IMG/VR virus record: IMGVR_UViG_3300044652_000022
Span: 1 to 64,000 of that record
DNA: 64,000 bases
Direction: 5' to 3' (one strand)
Source of the DNA: a virus
Lineage: Duplodnaviria; Caudoviricetes
In this document: in pieces, positions 29,340 to 38,343 of the stretch
How positions within the stretch are numbered: position 1 is the stretch's first letter
Layout: each line of letters begins with the position of its first letter
Made by a program: the position numbers and the translations under genes
The notes under the pieces: generated by a model
The model's input: only the letters and a program-made list of their open reading frames with translations
Databases searched by the model: none
Told to the model about the DNA's origin: nothing

Positions 29340-29687
29340 GTGATTTTACCAAAGGAACGCACGTTACACTACCTGCGGATTCATGGCGCCAAAAACGTAG
29401 TAGTTCGGCTCGCCTCGGGCTCCCCTATGCAAGTAAATCCGGACGATCTCGAACTGCTGATCCGACAGGATCTTGCCTACGGCGTCGGCAACCGTCGGCG
29501 TCTAAGCTACATCAAGCTTCGCTTTGAAAATCGAGTTTCCCACCTGAGGGCCCTGAAGGTTTACCGACCGTATCATTCATTGCGCGCTGAGGACAGCAAG
29601 ACCTGGCAACAGGTTGGAACGAGCTTCGAACATCACCACCAGCATTGCGAGGCGTTTAGTCCCAGCAACCGCACCACCTTCACCTGA
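29340..29687 (+). CDS. Hypothetical protein, paralog A
   Basis: MILPKERTLHYLR..GVGN..LSY..HCEAFSP; GGAGG RBS. Confidence 0.75.
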   Translation: MILPKERTLHYLRIHGAKNVVVRLASGSPMQVNPDDLELLIRQDLAYGVGNRRRLSYIKLRFENRVSHLRALKVYRPYHSLRAEDSKTWQQVGTSFEHHHQHCEAFSPSNRTTFT

Positions 29688-29694
29688 CAACCGC

Positions 29695-29730
29695 GCGGCG
29701 CCGTTCAGTTTTGAGCGGCTCCGCTTTTTT
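29695..29730 (+). terminator. Rho-independent terminator
   Basis: gcggcgccgttca-gttt-tgagcggctccgc followed by T6. Confidence 0.8.
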
Positions 29731-29755
29731 CGCGCGACACCCATGGCAGTACACG

Positions 29756-29847
29756 TCGAGGTGCTGTCTGCCGCAAGTCCTTGAAATGTTAGGATTTTGA
29801 CGGTATGCAAATATTGGTTGACAGCACCTCGAAAATGTCCCTAAAAT
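29756..29847 (+). promoter_or_regulatory. Sigma70 promoter overlapped by a perfect 13-bp inverted repeat
   Basis: TTGACA(29818)-18-TAAAAT; tcgaggtgctgtc/gacagcacctcga. Confidence 0.7.
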
Positions 29848-29979
29848 TCCTGATGTAAGCGGCGTCTCTCGAATTTCACTGTCCTGGCTTTGAAATTCCA
29901 CCTCCTGCTCCCAGGCTGTTGCGAACCGATCCGTCCCGAAGTACACCACAATCAACAGCCTGAGAGTAGGGCGCGTGGA

Positions 29980-30333
29980 ATGATTCTCCCCAGAGAAAAA
30001 ACACTTCATTACCTGCGGTACTGGCGCGGCGACAACCCACCAACGGTGCGCACGCCAGACGGAAAGCCGATCCCGTTCCCGCAGGATGACCTGCCTGCCT
30101 TGATTCAAGAGGGACTGGCGGTGGGGGTAGGCAACGAGCGCAAGCTCTCCTACGTCCTGCTGAAGTTCTTCTCCCGCATATCCCACCATCTTTCGCAGCC
30201 GCGAAACCGCCCGCTACCTTCCTACTCGTCCGAAGCCAGCCGCACGTGGCTGGAATGGGCTCCCGGGCAATACGAGCCGCACCCGTACCACTGCGCGGCG
30301 TTCTCACCGGAAAATAAAGAAACCTTCGTCTAG
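29980..30333 (+). CDS. Hypothetical protein, paralog B
   Basis: MILPREKTLHYLR..GVGN..LSY..HCAAFSP. Confidence 0.75.
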   Translation: MILPREKTLHYLRYWRGDNPPTVRTPDGKPIPFPQDDLPALIQEGLAVGVGNERKLSYVLLKFFSRISHHLSQPRNRPLPSYSSEASRTWLEWAPGQYEPHPYHCAAFSPENKETFV

Positions 30334-30349
30334 GAGCGATCTGGAAAAA

Positions 30350-30667
30350 ATGCGCAACGTCAACGACCACCAGGGCATCGCCAAGCAGCCGACCGTCACC
30401 GTGCTAGACGAACCCGCCGTCGGTGAGACGCTATCGCGCATCTACCAGTTCAAGCATAGTTCAGGCTCCAGCATTCTTCACTTCGCCGACCGCGACCACG
30501 AAGGCGTCACGAACGAATCGGTCCTGGCTGTCCTGATTGACAGGCTCCGCTCGGCTCAGGCTGGGCCCACAGGCTGTCGCGAGTACGCCATGGCCTTGCT
30601 GAAGATGGAAGAGGCGATGATGTGGCTGCACAGAAAATCGGCGCCTGTCGCAGCCCAAGCAAAATAG
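30350..30667 (+). CDS. Tad1-like anti-defence sponge protein (putative)
   Basis: GVTNESVLAVLIDRLRSAQAGP..CREYAMALLKMEEAMMWL resembles the Tad1 helical core as I recall it. Confidence 0.65.
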   Translation: MRNVNDHQGIAKQPTVTVLDEPAVGETLSRIYQFKHSSGSSILHFADRDHEGVTNESVLAVLIDRLRSAQAGPTGCREYAMALLKMEEAMMWLHRKSAPVAAQAK

Positions 30668-31524
30668 GAATCTGTATCATTTGGGCAGAGGGACAAGCAT
30701 GACAACTGCAACGAGCACTGCCAACCTCGTCCGCGAAATCGAGCACAAGCGAAACGCGGCGGCGCTGCCACCCGACACCATTCTCCTTTTCAACACGGAC
30801 ATGCGGTACGAGCTATCGCATGACACCGAGCATGTATGGAAGGAGGAGCGCCGAGGGATCAAGCTCCAGGTCTTTTGCGGGATCCCGTTCGCCTTCGACA
30901 TTTCGGTCCCTCGAGGCAAGGTGCGCGTGCTGTTTGGTTCCGAAGCCGTCACGGAGTGGACGTTATGACACCAGCCGCCGATCCTAAAGACCACGAAGCG
31001 TTGCAAGAGTTGGTAGACGCCCTGGAGCCGATCATGGAGTTGTGGGGCGATTATCAGAACCGGCAAGCGGTCGCGGAAAAATCCTGCCCGAAGGCGTGGG
31101 CGAAAGCGTTCCAGGCATACTACCGGGCAAAAAACCTGCTGAAGAAAACGGCCTACACGTAAAAATAAGCGCGATGCCGTTCTGGGTCTATTGGGTGATC
31201 CCGGTCACGGTGTTCGGTCTTGGCTTTAGTCTGGGATGCTCGTTTGGGAAACGGACGATGTTGAACCTGATCGAAAAACACGTTATTCAGGGCGAGAGCG
31301 GACGCGACGCCGTAGCCTACGAGCGAGCCATCTTAGAAGGCAGGCGACTGTGGTAACGAGTTCGGGCGCGCAATCCCAACGGTGCCAGACGGTCGGGGGA
31401 TCGAATCTGGCACCGGCGAGCCCGGCGTTCCACATAATATACCTGATTAAACGTTTCTTTCATCATTGGGAACTGGCGAAGTGGCGCCGCGAGCGTTTCA
31501 TCAGGTGGCACAGGGAGAATTGAA

Positions 31525-31896
31525 ATGGTCAACGCGCTACAGATCCTGAGAACGATGCGGGACGAGCTTCGAGAGCTTCGCCAGCCGCTGCCCGTATGCG
31601 TCGGTCCAAATTGCGGCTGGTGCGAGGCAGAACAATTCGCCGCCGTGAAGCCTTTCTCCTTCCACATCCCTTTGGTGATGGCGCAGCGAGAGCAATTGGC
31701 GGACAGGATCATTCGCGACGCCGAAACGGTGTCGGTCTTGTCGGTGGAAGAGGAACGCGAAATCCGAAGGCGCGTCATGCGCGGCGAGTACGATTCGCTT
31801 TTAGAAAATCTGGACGGGGAGCGGCATTCAGAAGGGAATCAGCGAGGTGGCGGCGCTCCCTCAACGATTCCGGCTACAGGTCCCTCACAGCCATGA
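31525..31896 (+). CDS. Hypothetical protein
   Basis: 123 aa with RBS. Confidence 0.55.
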   Translation: MVNALQILRTMRDELRELRQPLPVCVGPNCGWCEAEQFAAVKPFSFHIPLVMAQREQLADRIIRDAETVSVLSVEEEREIRRRVMRGEYDSLLENLDGERHSEGNQRGGGAPSTIPATGPSQP

Positions 31897-31967
31897 GAAC
31901 CTGAGCTAGTACTCAAAGGGGCCGTCGAGCAGGGACGCGGCAAGCCCTGCATAAAGGAAAAAACAAA

Positions 31968-32222
31968 ATGGATCTGCAATTTCCGCATTGTGACGCCAAG
32001 GTGTTGCATGCTCCAGGAGAGTGCGTTTACTGTGACAGGCGCCCCGAATGGCAGGAACTGCGCAAGGCGTGGGGTATCGCGTTCACCGGTCAGAAGAACG
32101 CGACCCGCAAGGCGTGGGTGGACGGCGAACTAAAAGACGTGCCTGCCTTGACGTGCCCCTCCGAAATCGACCGTCCGCTTGAAACCATCAACGCATGGCC
32201 GGGTAATCGCGCCTCCATATAG
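31968..32222 (+). CDS. Hypothetical Cys/His protein
   Basis: PHCD..LHAPGECVYCD. Confidence 0.6.
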   Translation: MDLQFPHCDAKVLHAPGECVYCDRRPEWQELRKAWGIAFTGQKNATRKAWVDGELKDVPALTCPSEIDRPLETINAWPGNRASI

Positions 32223-32396
32223 GAAAATGAAACCGCGCCCGAAGCCCACGGATCTGTGCAACGAGCCGCGGTACCCAAATCATCGGACGGTGGTGTTCTC
32301 CATGCGGCGCCCGGATCTGACGATCCACAGAAAAACGTCCCGCTGTTCTATCGAATGCCCGCACGCGGTAACGGAGTGCGGCGAGTGGAAAAAGAA

Positions 32397-32765
32397 ATGA
32401 AATTCAATCGCAGAAAATTCTTGTCCGCAGTCGGGCTTGGATGGCTGGCGAAGGACGCGGTAGCGGCAAAGGAAGAACAACCCGGAGTCCATTCTGCGGA
32501 ACTGCTAGTCGCTCCGGAACCTGCGCCGTCGTCAAGGGTCGGTCTCTACCTCTGGGACAAGGATCAGCAGTGGCGCAAGATCGGGGAGGTGGAAGGTCCT
32601 CCTCTCCCGCCCGACACGGTAACCCTGAATAAGACGGTCGCCTCTTATTTCGAGGGTTACAACCTGATCGAGGTGACGACGCACGAGGACACGGTCCCGA
32701 AATACATTCGGGTTCGGGATCCGCTTACGTTCGGGATCGAGTTCAAGGACGGCGGGAAGGTTTAG
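32397..32765 (+). CDS. Hypothetical protein with Tat-like signal
   Basis: MKFNRRKFLSAVGLGWLA. Confidence 0.55.
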   Translation: MKFNRRKFLSAVGLGWLAKDAVAAKEEQPGVHSAELLVAPEPAPSSRVGLYLWDKDQQWRKIGEVEGPPLPPDTVTLNKTVASYFEGYNLIEVTTHEDTVPKYIRVRDPLTFGIEFKDGGKV

Positions 32766-32791
32766 ACTATTAAAAAACAGGTTCAGGTTTT

Positions 32792-33136
32792 ATGCCCCAG
32801 GCCCCATACAAGCCGACGAAGGCAGATCGGCAGACGGTAAAAAATTTAGCGATCCTCGGATTGAAGGAAGAGGAGATTGCGAAGTGTCTCGGCACTCAAG
32901 GGATCTCGGTCCCGACGATGCGGAAATACTACGAGTACGAACTCTACCGCTACCCGAAGGAGATGTTCGGGAAGATCGCGCAGACGGCAGCACAGGCGGC
33001 AATGTCAGGGGACAAAACGATGATGATCTTCGTCCTCAAGTGTCGGGCTGGCTGGAAGGAATCGGACTCGGTGCAGTTGAACGGCAAGGTGGAGTTGGTG
33101 AAGCGAGTTGTCGGTGTTGACGAAAAGGATATCTGA
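32792..33136 (+). CDS. terS: Terminase small subunit
   Basis: N-terminal HTH (EEEIAKCLG..ISVPTMRKYY), MIFVLKCRAGWKE; upstream of TerL. Confidence 0.75.
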   Translation: MPQAPYKPTKADRQTVKNLAILGLKEEEIAKCLGTQGISVPTMRKYYEYELYRYPKEMFGKIAQTAAQAAMSGDKTMMIFVLKCRAGWKESDSVQLNGKVELVKRVVGVDEKDI

Positions 33137-33338
33137 AACAGAATGCCTCGCCGCCAGGACCAGGACCAGGACGACGATCCAACCCGCTATCCGCTGATCT
33201 TCAAAACGGAAGCGGAGGAGAGCTTGTGGTGTTCGATCATTACGCGGAATTGCGACCAGGAGGAGCATATCGTCCACATTATCGAAGCGGCGGACATGGC
33301 GGTCCTGGCGTTCCGGAAGCGGAAGAGGGTCAAATAAA

Positions 33339-33659
33339 ATGACCATCGCTGCTCTCCTCGCCGCGGCTCGCAAAATCTGGGGGGCGGAGCGGATGACCTT
33401 GCCCGAGATCATCGTTTGTCTGAACGTGATCCTGGGCGATATCGCGCGGCTGCAACGAGACCGGGATCGGGAGCGGTCGCTTCCTGGAGTTTGGGACCGC
33501 GCGCTGAAAAAGGAACTCGGGAATCTGATCTTATCCACGATCCGCTGGTGCGACGATTTAGACTTCAACCCCAACGAGTGCATTATCGAAGCGCAAAAGG
33601 CTCAGGCGGTGATGGCGGATCGGCTGCGGATCGAGCGGACAGGGAGGATTCAAGGATGA
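33339..33659 (+). CDS. MazG-like all-alpha NTP pyrophosphohydrolase (tentative)
   Basis: LGDIARL..KELGNLILSTIRWCDDLDFNP pattern. Confidence 0.4.
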   Translation: MTIAALLAAARKIWGAERMTLPEIIVCLNVILGDIARLQRDRDRERSLPGVWDRALKKELGNLILSTIRWCDDLDFNPNECIIEAQKAQAVMADRLRIERTGRIQG

Positions 33660-33946
33660 GTCTTTTCACTTCTCTATTGCTGGCGGACGCTTTCGAGAAA
33701 GGCGGTCCCGGTTCCGGCCAACTCCCAGGATCCGCATCCGCCGCTGCGGCTCGGGCTTCGGAACGGGCTATTGACAAGTCCTCGCATAAGCGAGCAGCAA
33801 AGCTGCACACCCGCGCCGCCACCGCTCATTTGCAGGCGGCGGTGCATGTTGGCGGAACACTGTCGGAAAAGGGACGCGAGCACCTTGCTGCGTACGATAC
33901 CCACCACAATGCGGCGTTAGAGCATTGGCTGCGGGCGGGCAAATAA
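33656..33946 (+). CDS. Small His/Ala-rich protein with leader MSLFTSLLLADAFEK-GGPGSG
   Basis: Leader shared with 40867 and 41244. Confidence 0.8.
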   Translation: MSLFTSLLLADAFEKGGPGSGQLPGSASAAAARASERAIDKSSHKRAAKLHTRAATAHLQAAVHVGGTLSEKGREHLAAYDTHHNAALEHWLRAGK

Positions 33947-34450
33947 ATGATCTCCGTGACCATTCAGTTTAATTCCGCCGAGGAAATGCTCGAGGCGCTC
34001 CTCTCGCTGGCGGAGAACGCAGGAAAGTTTCAGGAACAGCTGGACCGCATCGAAGGCACCCTTGACAAGATCCTAGAAAACGAAAGGAATATTATGGCCA
34101 ATGAACAGCAGATGCAGGATGCGTTGAACAAAATCGACCAGGCGACGACGCGCGCGGGTCAGAACCTCCAGACCCTGTCCACTACCACGCAGAAAATCAG
34201 CGACGAGGTGGACCAATTCATTTCGAAACTCCAAGACGCGAACGTTCCGCAGAACCTCATCGACCAGGCTACCGGGTTGGCGGATCGTCTCCAGACCGTG
34301 TCCGACGGTTTGGACCAGCACGCCACCTTTCTTAGCGCAATCGCTTCGAAAGGAGCCAGCAATCCAGTCCCTGTCCCAGTCCCTCCCGCTCCCACCGACG
34401 GCGGAAGCCTCAGTCCCACTCCCGACACGGGTTCCGCTCCGACGCCGTAG
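33947..34450 (+). CDS. Coiled-coil protein with Pro-rich tail
   Basis: 167 aa with heptad pattern. Confidence 0.7.
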   Translation: MISVTIQFNSAEEMLEALLSLAENAGKFQEQLDRIEGTLDKILENERNIMANEQQMQDALNKIDQATTRAGQNLQTLSTTTQKISDEVDQFISKLQDANVPQNLIDQATGLADRLQTVSDGLDQHATFLSAIASKGASNPVPVPVPPAPTDGGSLSPTPDTGSAPTP

Positions 34451-34466
34451 CGCGGCGGCGGCTAAA

Positions 34467-34600
34467 GCTCTTCTAGCGTTCCTCCGCAGGCTCCTCGGGC
34501 GTTAGAAGGGGAAAGGGCTGCGCGTAGCGGATGCGAGGCCGACAATGGTGCGCCGGTCTCGACCACTCAACGTCATGAGGTCGTCTGTTACCGCAGCCCT
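34467..34600 (+). ncRNA. Candidate structured RNA (three-way junction)
   Basis: P1 agggctgcg/cgcagccct plus an 8-bp extension, P2 gaggccg/cggtctc, P3 gac..ctca/tgaggtc. Confidence 0.4.
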
Positions 34601-35064
34601 GACCTAGATTCCGCCAATGTCCTCGCCGGCTCCGCATCCCAGGGTCAAGATTACCTTTCATTCCGCTGGCGCCTCGACTGGCGGATATTCGTTTCCTGCG
34701 GCGCCCGAATCTGCGCATTTCGATCTTCCCGAGGATCTGACGTTCGAAGGCTTCTGTTCTAAGATCATGTCGGAAGGATTCCTGTTGTCAGGCGACGGCA
34801 TCCCGAACCGGTACCGCCACCGTCCGCATATCAAGCGTTACGTTCCGCCGTACGCGGTCATCCGCATCGAGGAAGCATGACCGCTTATTATGCCCCCCAA
34901 GGTCTTGTGCTGACCCGTCCGCAAGCGGCGAGCGAGGCCAAAGGGGGCCACCCCTTTTCATGACGCACCCAAGCTGGATCGTTCCGGCCTCGCAGCCGCA
35001 GGGACGCATGGTGATTCGTTTTTATCGGACGCCCACCGGGTTCAAACCCATCCTCGTCCACTCC

Positions 35065-35140
35065 TGGGGCATAGCTCAAGCGGCAGAGCGCCGGACCTTG
35101 ATTCCGGAGGTTGCAGGTTCGAAGCCTGCTGCCCCAGCCA
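35065..35140 (+). tRNA. tRNA-Gln(UUG)
   Basis: 76 nt; TGGGGCA/TGCCCCA acceptor stem, D arm GCTC/GAGC, anticodon arm CCGGA-CCTTGAT-TCCGG, TTCGAAG loop, encoded CCA. Confidence 0.9.
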
Positions 35141-35167
35141 GAAAAAAATCCTTCAGGTAACCCTCCC

Positions 35168-36721
35168 GTGCCCAAGTCCGTCGCCCCTCCGCCTCCCAAA
35201 AAGCAAAAGTACATCCCGCGGAAACAGTTCCTCGCGCAAAAACACGCCGGCGTGATCCCTGGCAGCGTCCAGTTCATCGACTACAAGCCGCGCGGCGCCA
35301 TCAAGCAAATTTTCAGCCTAAGGATCCCGGAATGGGTGCTGTCGGGACCAGCCGGGACTGGGAAGTCTCGCGGCTGTCTAGAAAAAGCGCACTGGATGCT
35401 GGAGAAGTATCCAAACGCGCGCGGGCTGATGGTGCGCAAGACGCGGAACAGCATGAACCAGTCCTGCATCGTCACGTTCGAAAACAAAGTCCTCCCCACC
35501 CCAACCTACGTTCCCTTCCACACGACCGATCAGGAATACCGCTATCCCAACGGCTCGATATTCGCCGTAGCCGGGATCGACGACCCGAAGAAAATCTATT
35601 CGTCAGAGTGGGACTTCTGTTACGTCAACCAGGCGGAGGAACTGACCGAGGACGATTGGGAGAACATCAAATCCCGGCTCCGCAACTGGAAGATGCCGTA
35701 TCAATCGTTGTTTGCGGACTGCAACCCGGACGCGCCTTCGCACTGGATTCGGACGCGCGCCGCCACCGGGATGCTGCAACTGCTCGAAAGCCGCCACGAG
35801 GATAACCCGGAACTGTGGGACGAGGTAAACAAGTGCTGGACGGAGCGAGGGCGGCAGTACGTTTTAGAGATCCTCGATAAACTTACCGGCGTCCGCTACA
35901 AGCGTTTGCGGCTCGGGCAGTGGGCGGCGGCGGAAGGGACGGTGTACGAGGACGTCTGGGACCGCGCCGTCCATATTATTGATCGCTTTTATCCCAACGT
36001 TCCTTTGGACCGCGATCAAGTCCCACCCGACTGGCCGCGGTACTGGGTGATTGATTTTGGCTATACGAATCCGTTCGTCTGGCAGGCTTGGGCGGAGGAC
36101 CCCGACGGGCGCCTGATCCGCTACAAGGAAATCTACCACACAAAACGATTGGTCGAGGACCACGCCCGCCAGATCCTCGAGGTCACGAAATACGATCCGA
36201 AACCGAAACTGATCGTATGCGACCACGACGCCGAAGACCGAGCGACGTTAGAAAAGTACCTCGGGATGCCAACCAAGGCGGCGTGGAAGTCTGTGAGCCC
36301 TGGCATTCAAGCGGTGGCGGCGAGACTGCGAGTCCAGGACGACGGCAAACCGCGTTTGATGTACATGCGCGATTCGGTCATCGAACTCGACCAGGAACTC
36401 CTCCGCCAGCACCTCCCGACCTCGACCGAGGATGAATACGACGTTTACGCCTGGGATATCGCGACGGCAGGCAAACCGCGCAAGCGAGGAATCGGCGAGG
36501 AGCCAATCAAGAAATACGACCACGGGATGGACGATACGCGGTACATCGTCACGTACATCGACAAGACCTGGGAGATCAAGCCGCACCTGTTCAAGATGAT
36601 TTCCGTGACCAAGTCAGGATCCGACACGCCAGACAATCTGCACTCCGGAAGCGGCTGGCGGATGGGAAACACGAACGCTCCAAGCAAGTTTGGGGGTGGG
36701 AGCGGGAGGTTTCGTGAATAA
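35168..36721 (+). CDS. terL: Terminase large subunit (PBSX-like)
   Basis: GPAGTGKS Walker A, DCNP, IDFGYTNP nuclease motif, DHGMDDTRY. Confidence 0.93.
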   Translation: MPKSVAPPPPKKQKYIPRKQFLAQKHAGVIPGSVQFIDYKPRGAIKQIFSLRIPEWVLSGPAGTGKSRGCLEKAHWMLEKYPNARGLMVRKTRNSMNQSCIVTFENKVLPTPTYVPFHTTDQEYRYPNGSIFAVAGIDDPKKIYSSEWDFCYVNQAEELTEDDWENIKSRLRNWKMPYQSLFADCNPDAPSHWIRTRAATGMLQLLESRHEDNPELWDEVNKCWTERGRQYVLEILDKLTGVRYKRLRLGQWAAAEGTVYEDVWDRAVHIIDRFYPNVPLDRDQVPPDWPRYWVIDFGYTNPFVWQAWAEDPDGRLIRYKEIYHTKRLVEDHARQILEVTKYDPKPKLIVCDHDAEDRATLEKYLGMPTKAAWKSVSPGIQAVAARLRVQDDGKPRLMYMRDSVIELDQELLRQHLPTSTEDEYDVYAWDIATAGKPRKRGIGEEPIKKYDHGMDDTRYIVTYIDKTWEIKPHLFKMISVTKSGSDTPDNLHSGSGWRMGNTNAPSKFGGGSGRFRE

Positions 36722-36739
36722 TCTCTGTTTCCGCCGCGA

Positions 36740-36840
36740 AAATCCACCCGCTGCTCCGCGTTTGCTCTGGTTCTGCTCGATTCCGACGCCGGAACTGGTG
36801 GAATACAGCCGGAACGCCGCTTCCGATCGCTTATAGACCA
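36740..36840 (-). repeat. Dispersed repeat copy (minus strand)
   Basis: Reverse complement reads tggtctataagcgatcg...tcgagcagaaccagagcaaacgcggagcag. Confidence 0.8.
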
Positions 36841-36921
36841 TGCTCTTCCCAGGGAAATATCGCCACCCGAGGCACTTCGCTATTACCCAGGAGCTAGTGA
36901 AAGCAGATTATAAGGTGTGGA

Positions 36922-37191
36922 ATGACCCCAGCCGAACAGCTACCCAATCCGCCAGCCGAGACCGAGGATCTGGGAACGATCCCAGGAACGCAAGCGCCGC
37001 TGAGGCGAGTTCCGCCTCCGCCGCGCCCAGCGTGGTACGAACTCGACAGGTACCAGCGCTACCGGGACTTGTTCCTGGCTATTGGTTTTTTGATCCTGCT
37101 GTCCGGGATAGCGATGATTTCGAAACCTGCTGCGATCATTTGCGCTGGCGTCGGGCTGATGATCCTGGCTTATCTAATGTCGGTGAAATAG
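36922..37191 (+). CDS. Two-TM membrane protein, holin candidate
   Basis: Two hydrophobic helices; upstream of the endolysin. Confidence 0.5.
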   Translation: MTPAEQLPNPPAETEDLGTIPGTQAPLRRVPPPPRPAWYELDRYQRYRDLFLAIGFLILLSGIAMISKPAAIICAGVGLMILAYLMSVK

Positions 37192-37202
37192 AAGAGGAAA
37201 AA

Positions 37203-37754
37203 ATGTCCACTGCATCGAAGAGTATTCTATTGGCGCTGCAATACGCCCCGTCCGTGTCCAACGCCGTGCGGCAGTTGCAGCAAACGCATTCCGATCTTCC
37301 AGGTCCCAACCGCAAGGCGGTCATCATGGACAGCATTACGGCGGCGTGTCAGATTGGAGAAACGGTGCCTGAAGAACACGTGGCGCTGATCTCTTGCCTG
37401 ATCGAAACGGCGGTCGGGCTAGTGAAGCGCTGGCAGGCGGAGGGTGCCTTGAATAAAGCGGATTCGGGTCCGAAGGCCGACAACCTATCTGGGACTACGA
37501 TTGCTCAGGCGCGCAACGTTGGCGGAGCCGGAACTGGGCCTCGTCCTGTTACGGGATTGGGCACCGTGACTACCTCTCCGCCTTTCCCGTCCACGTCCAC
37601 CACGACTGTCACGCCGCCGCCGCAAGCGCCGCCGGCCCCATCATATCCCACTGCCGCGGATGCAGCGGAAGGCGGTAGAACGCGCAGCGACGGCGGAACG
37701 ATTCCGGGTCCGTCATTGACGACTGCTCCCGACCGTCCAGCCGGGAATCCGTGA
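37203..37754 (+). CDS. Hypothetical protein, Pro/Thr-rich tail
   Basis: GAGG RBS at 37203. Confidence 0.6.
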   Translation: MSTASKSILLALQYAPSVSNAVRQLQQTHSDLPGPNRKAVIMDSITAACQIGETVPEEHVALISCLIETAVGLVKRWQAEGALNKADSGPKADNLSGTTIAQARNVGGAGTGPRPVTGLGTVTTSPPFPSTSTTTVTPPPQAPPAPSYPTAADAAEGGRTRSDGGTIPGPSLTTAPDRPAGNP

Positions 37755-37788
37755 AACGCCGAATCAGGCTGGCGAGGTCGCGAAGGCG

Positions 37789-38217
37789 ATGGCGTCGAAT
37801 GAAGAAATGGTGAGCGAGCACTTCTCTATCCGAGAACTCGCTTGCCATCATTGCGGGCGGTCAGGGGTCCGGGACGAACTCGTCCGCGCCCTGGAAGCAT
37901 TCAGGGCCGAGGTGTCGAAGGAACGCGGAGCCGATACGGCTGTGATTGTGGACGACGCTTACCGGTGTCCGATTCACAACCGCGCCGTGGGTGGCGTCCA
38001 GAACTCCCAGCACCTCCTCGGGTTGGCAGCGGACGTGAAGGTGTCGGGCATGACCGCCCGCGAGCTTTACAAAATCGCCCTCCGCGTTCCCGAGATCAAA
38101 GGCTTGGGCGTGGACGACCACCACAACTATTTGCATATCGACGTGCGAGCGACCCACGCCGTGGTTTCGTGGTGCTACGACCTCGCCGGGAAGCAAACGA
38201 AATTCTATGAGGCTTGA
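37789..38217 (+). CDS. Peptidase M15A endolysin
   Basis: HFSIRELAC, AYRCPIHN..VGG..NSQHLLGLAAD, LHIDVR. Confidence 0.9.
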   Translation: MASNEEMVSEHFSIRELACHHCGRSGVRDELVRALEAFRAEVSKERGADTAVIVDDAYRCPIHNRAVGGVQNSQHLLGLAADVKVSGMTARELYKIALRVPEIKGLGVDDHHNYLHIDVRATHAVVSWCYDLAGKQTKFYEA

Positions 38218-38265
38218 ATCTCTGGGGTGTTGTCTGCGTACTCTCCCGTTCCGCTTCTCCCAGAG

Positions 38266-38329
38266 CTGCGGCGGAGGGCCAGGTCATGACTCCGCCTGGG
38301 GTGCTCGCATCCTCTGCCGCAGTCTTTTT
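38266..38329 (+). terminator. Terminator-like hairpin
   Basis: 12-bp stem ctgcggcggagg/cctctgccgcag followed by tcttttt. Confidence 0.65.
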
Positions 38330-38343
38330 CAGGATCGTGTGAC

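Noticed and set aside
29771-29800. Integrase arm-type site (gcaagtccttgaaat)
   Set aside because: Single occurrence, far from the recombinase, with no core site nearby.
34950-35064. tmRNA
   Set aside because: GGGGGC start and GGGTTCAAACCC end are suggestive, but the span is far too short and has no tag ORF or proper acceptor stem.
35065-35140. Suppressor tRNA or stop-codon recoding
   Set aside because: The anticodon reads TTG (Gln), and genes end normally at TAA/TAG/TGA.
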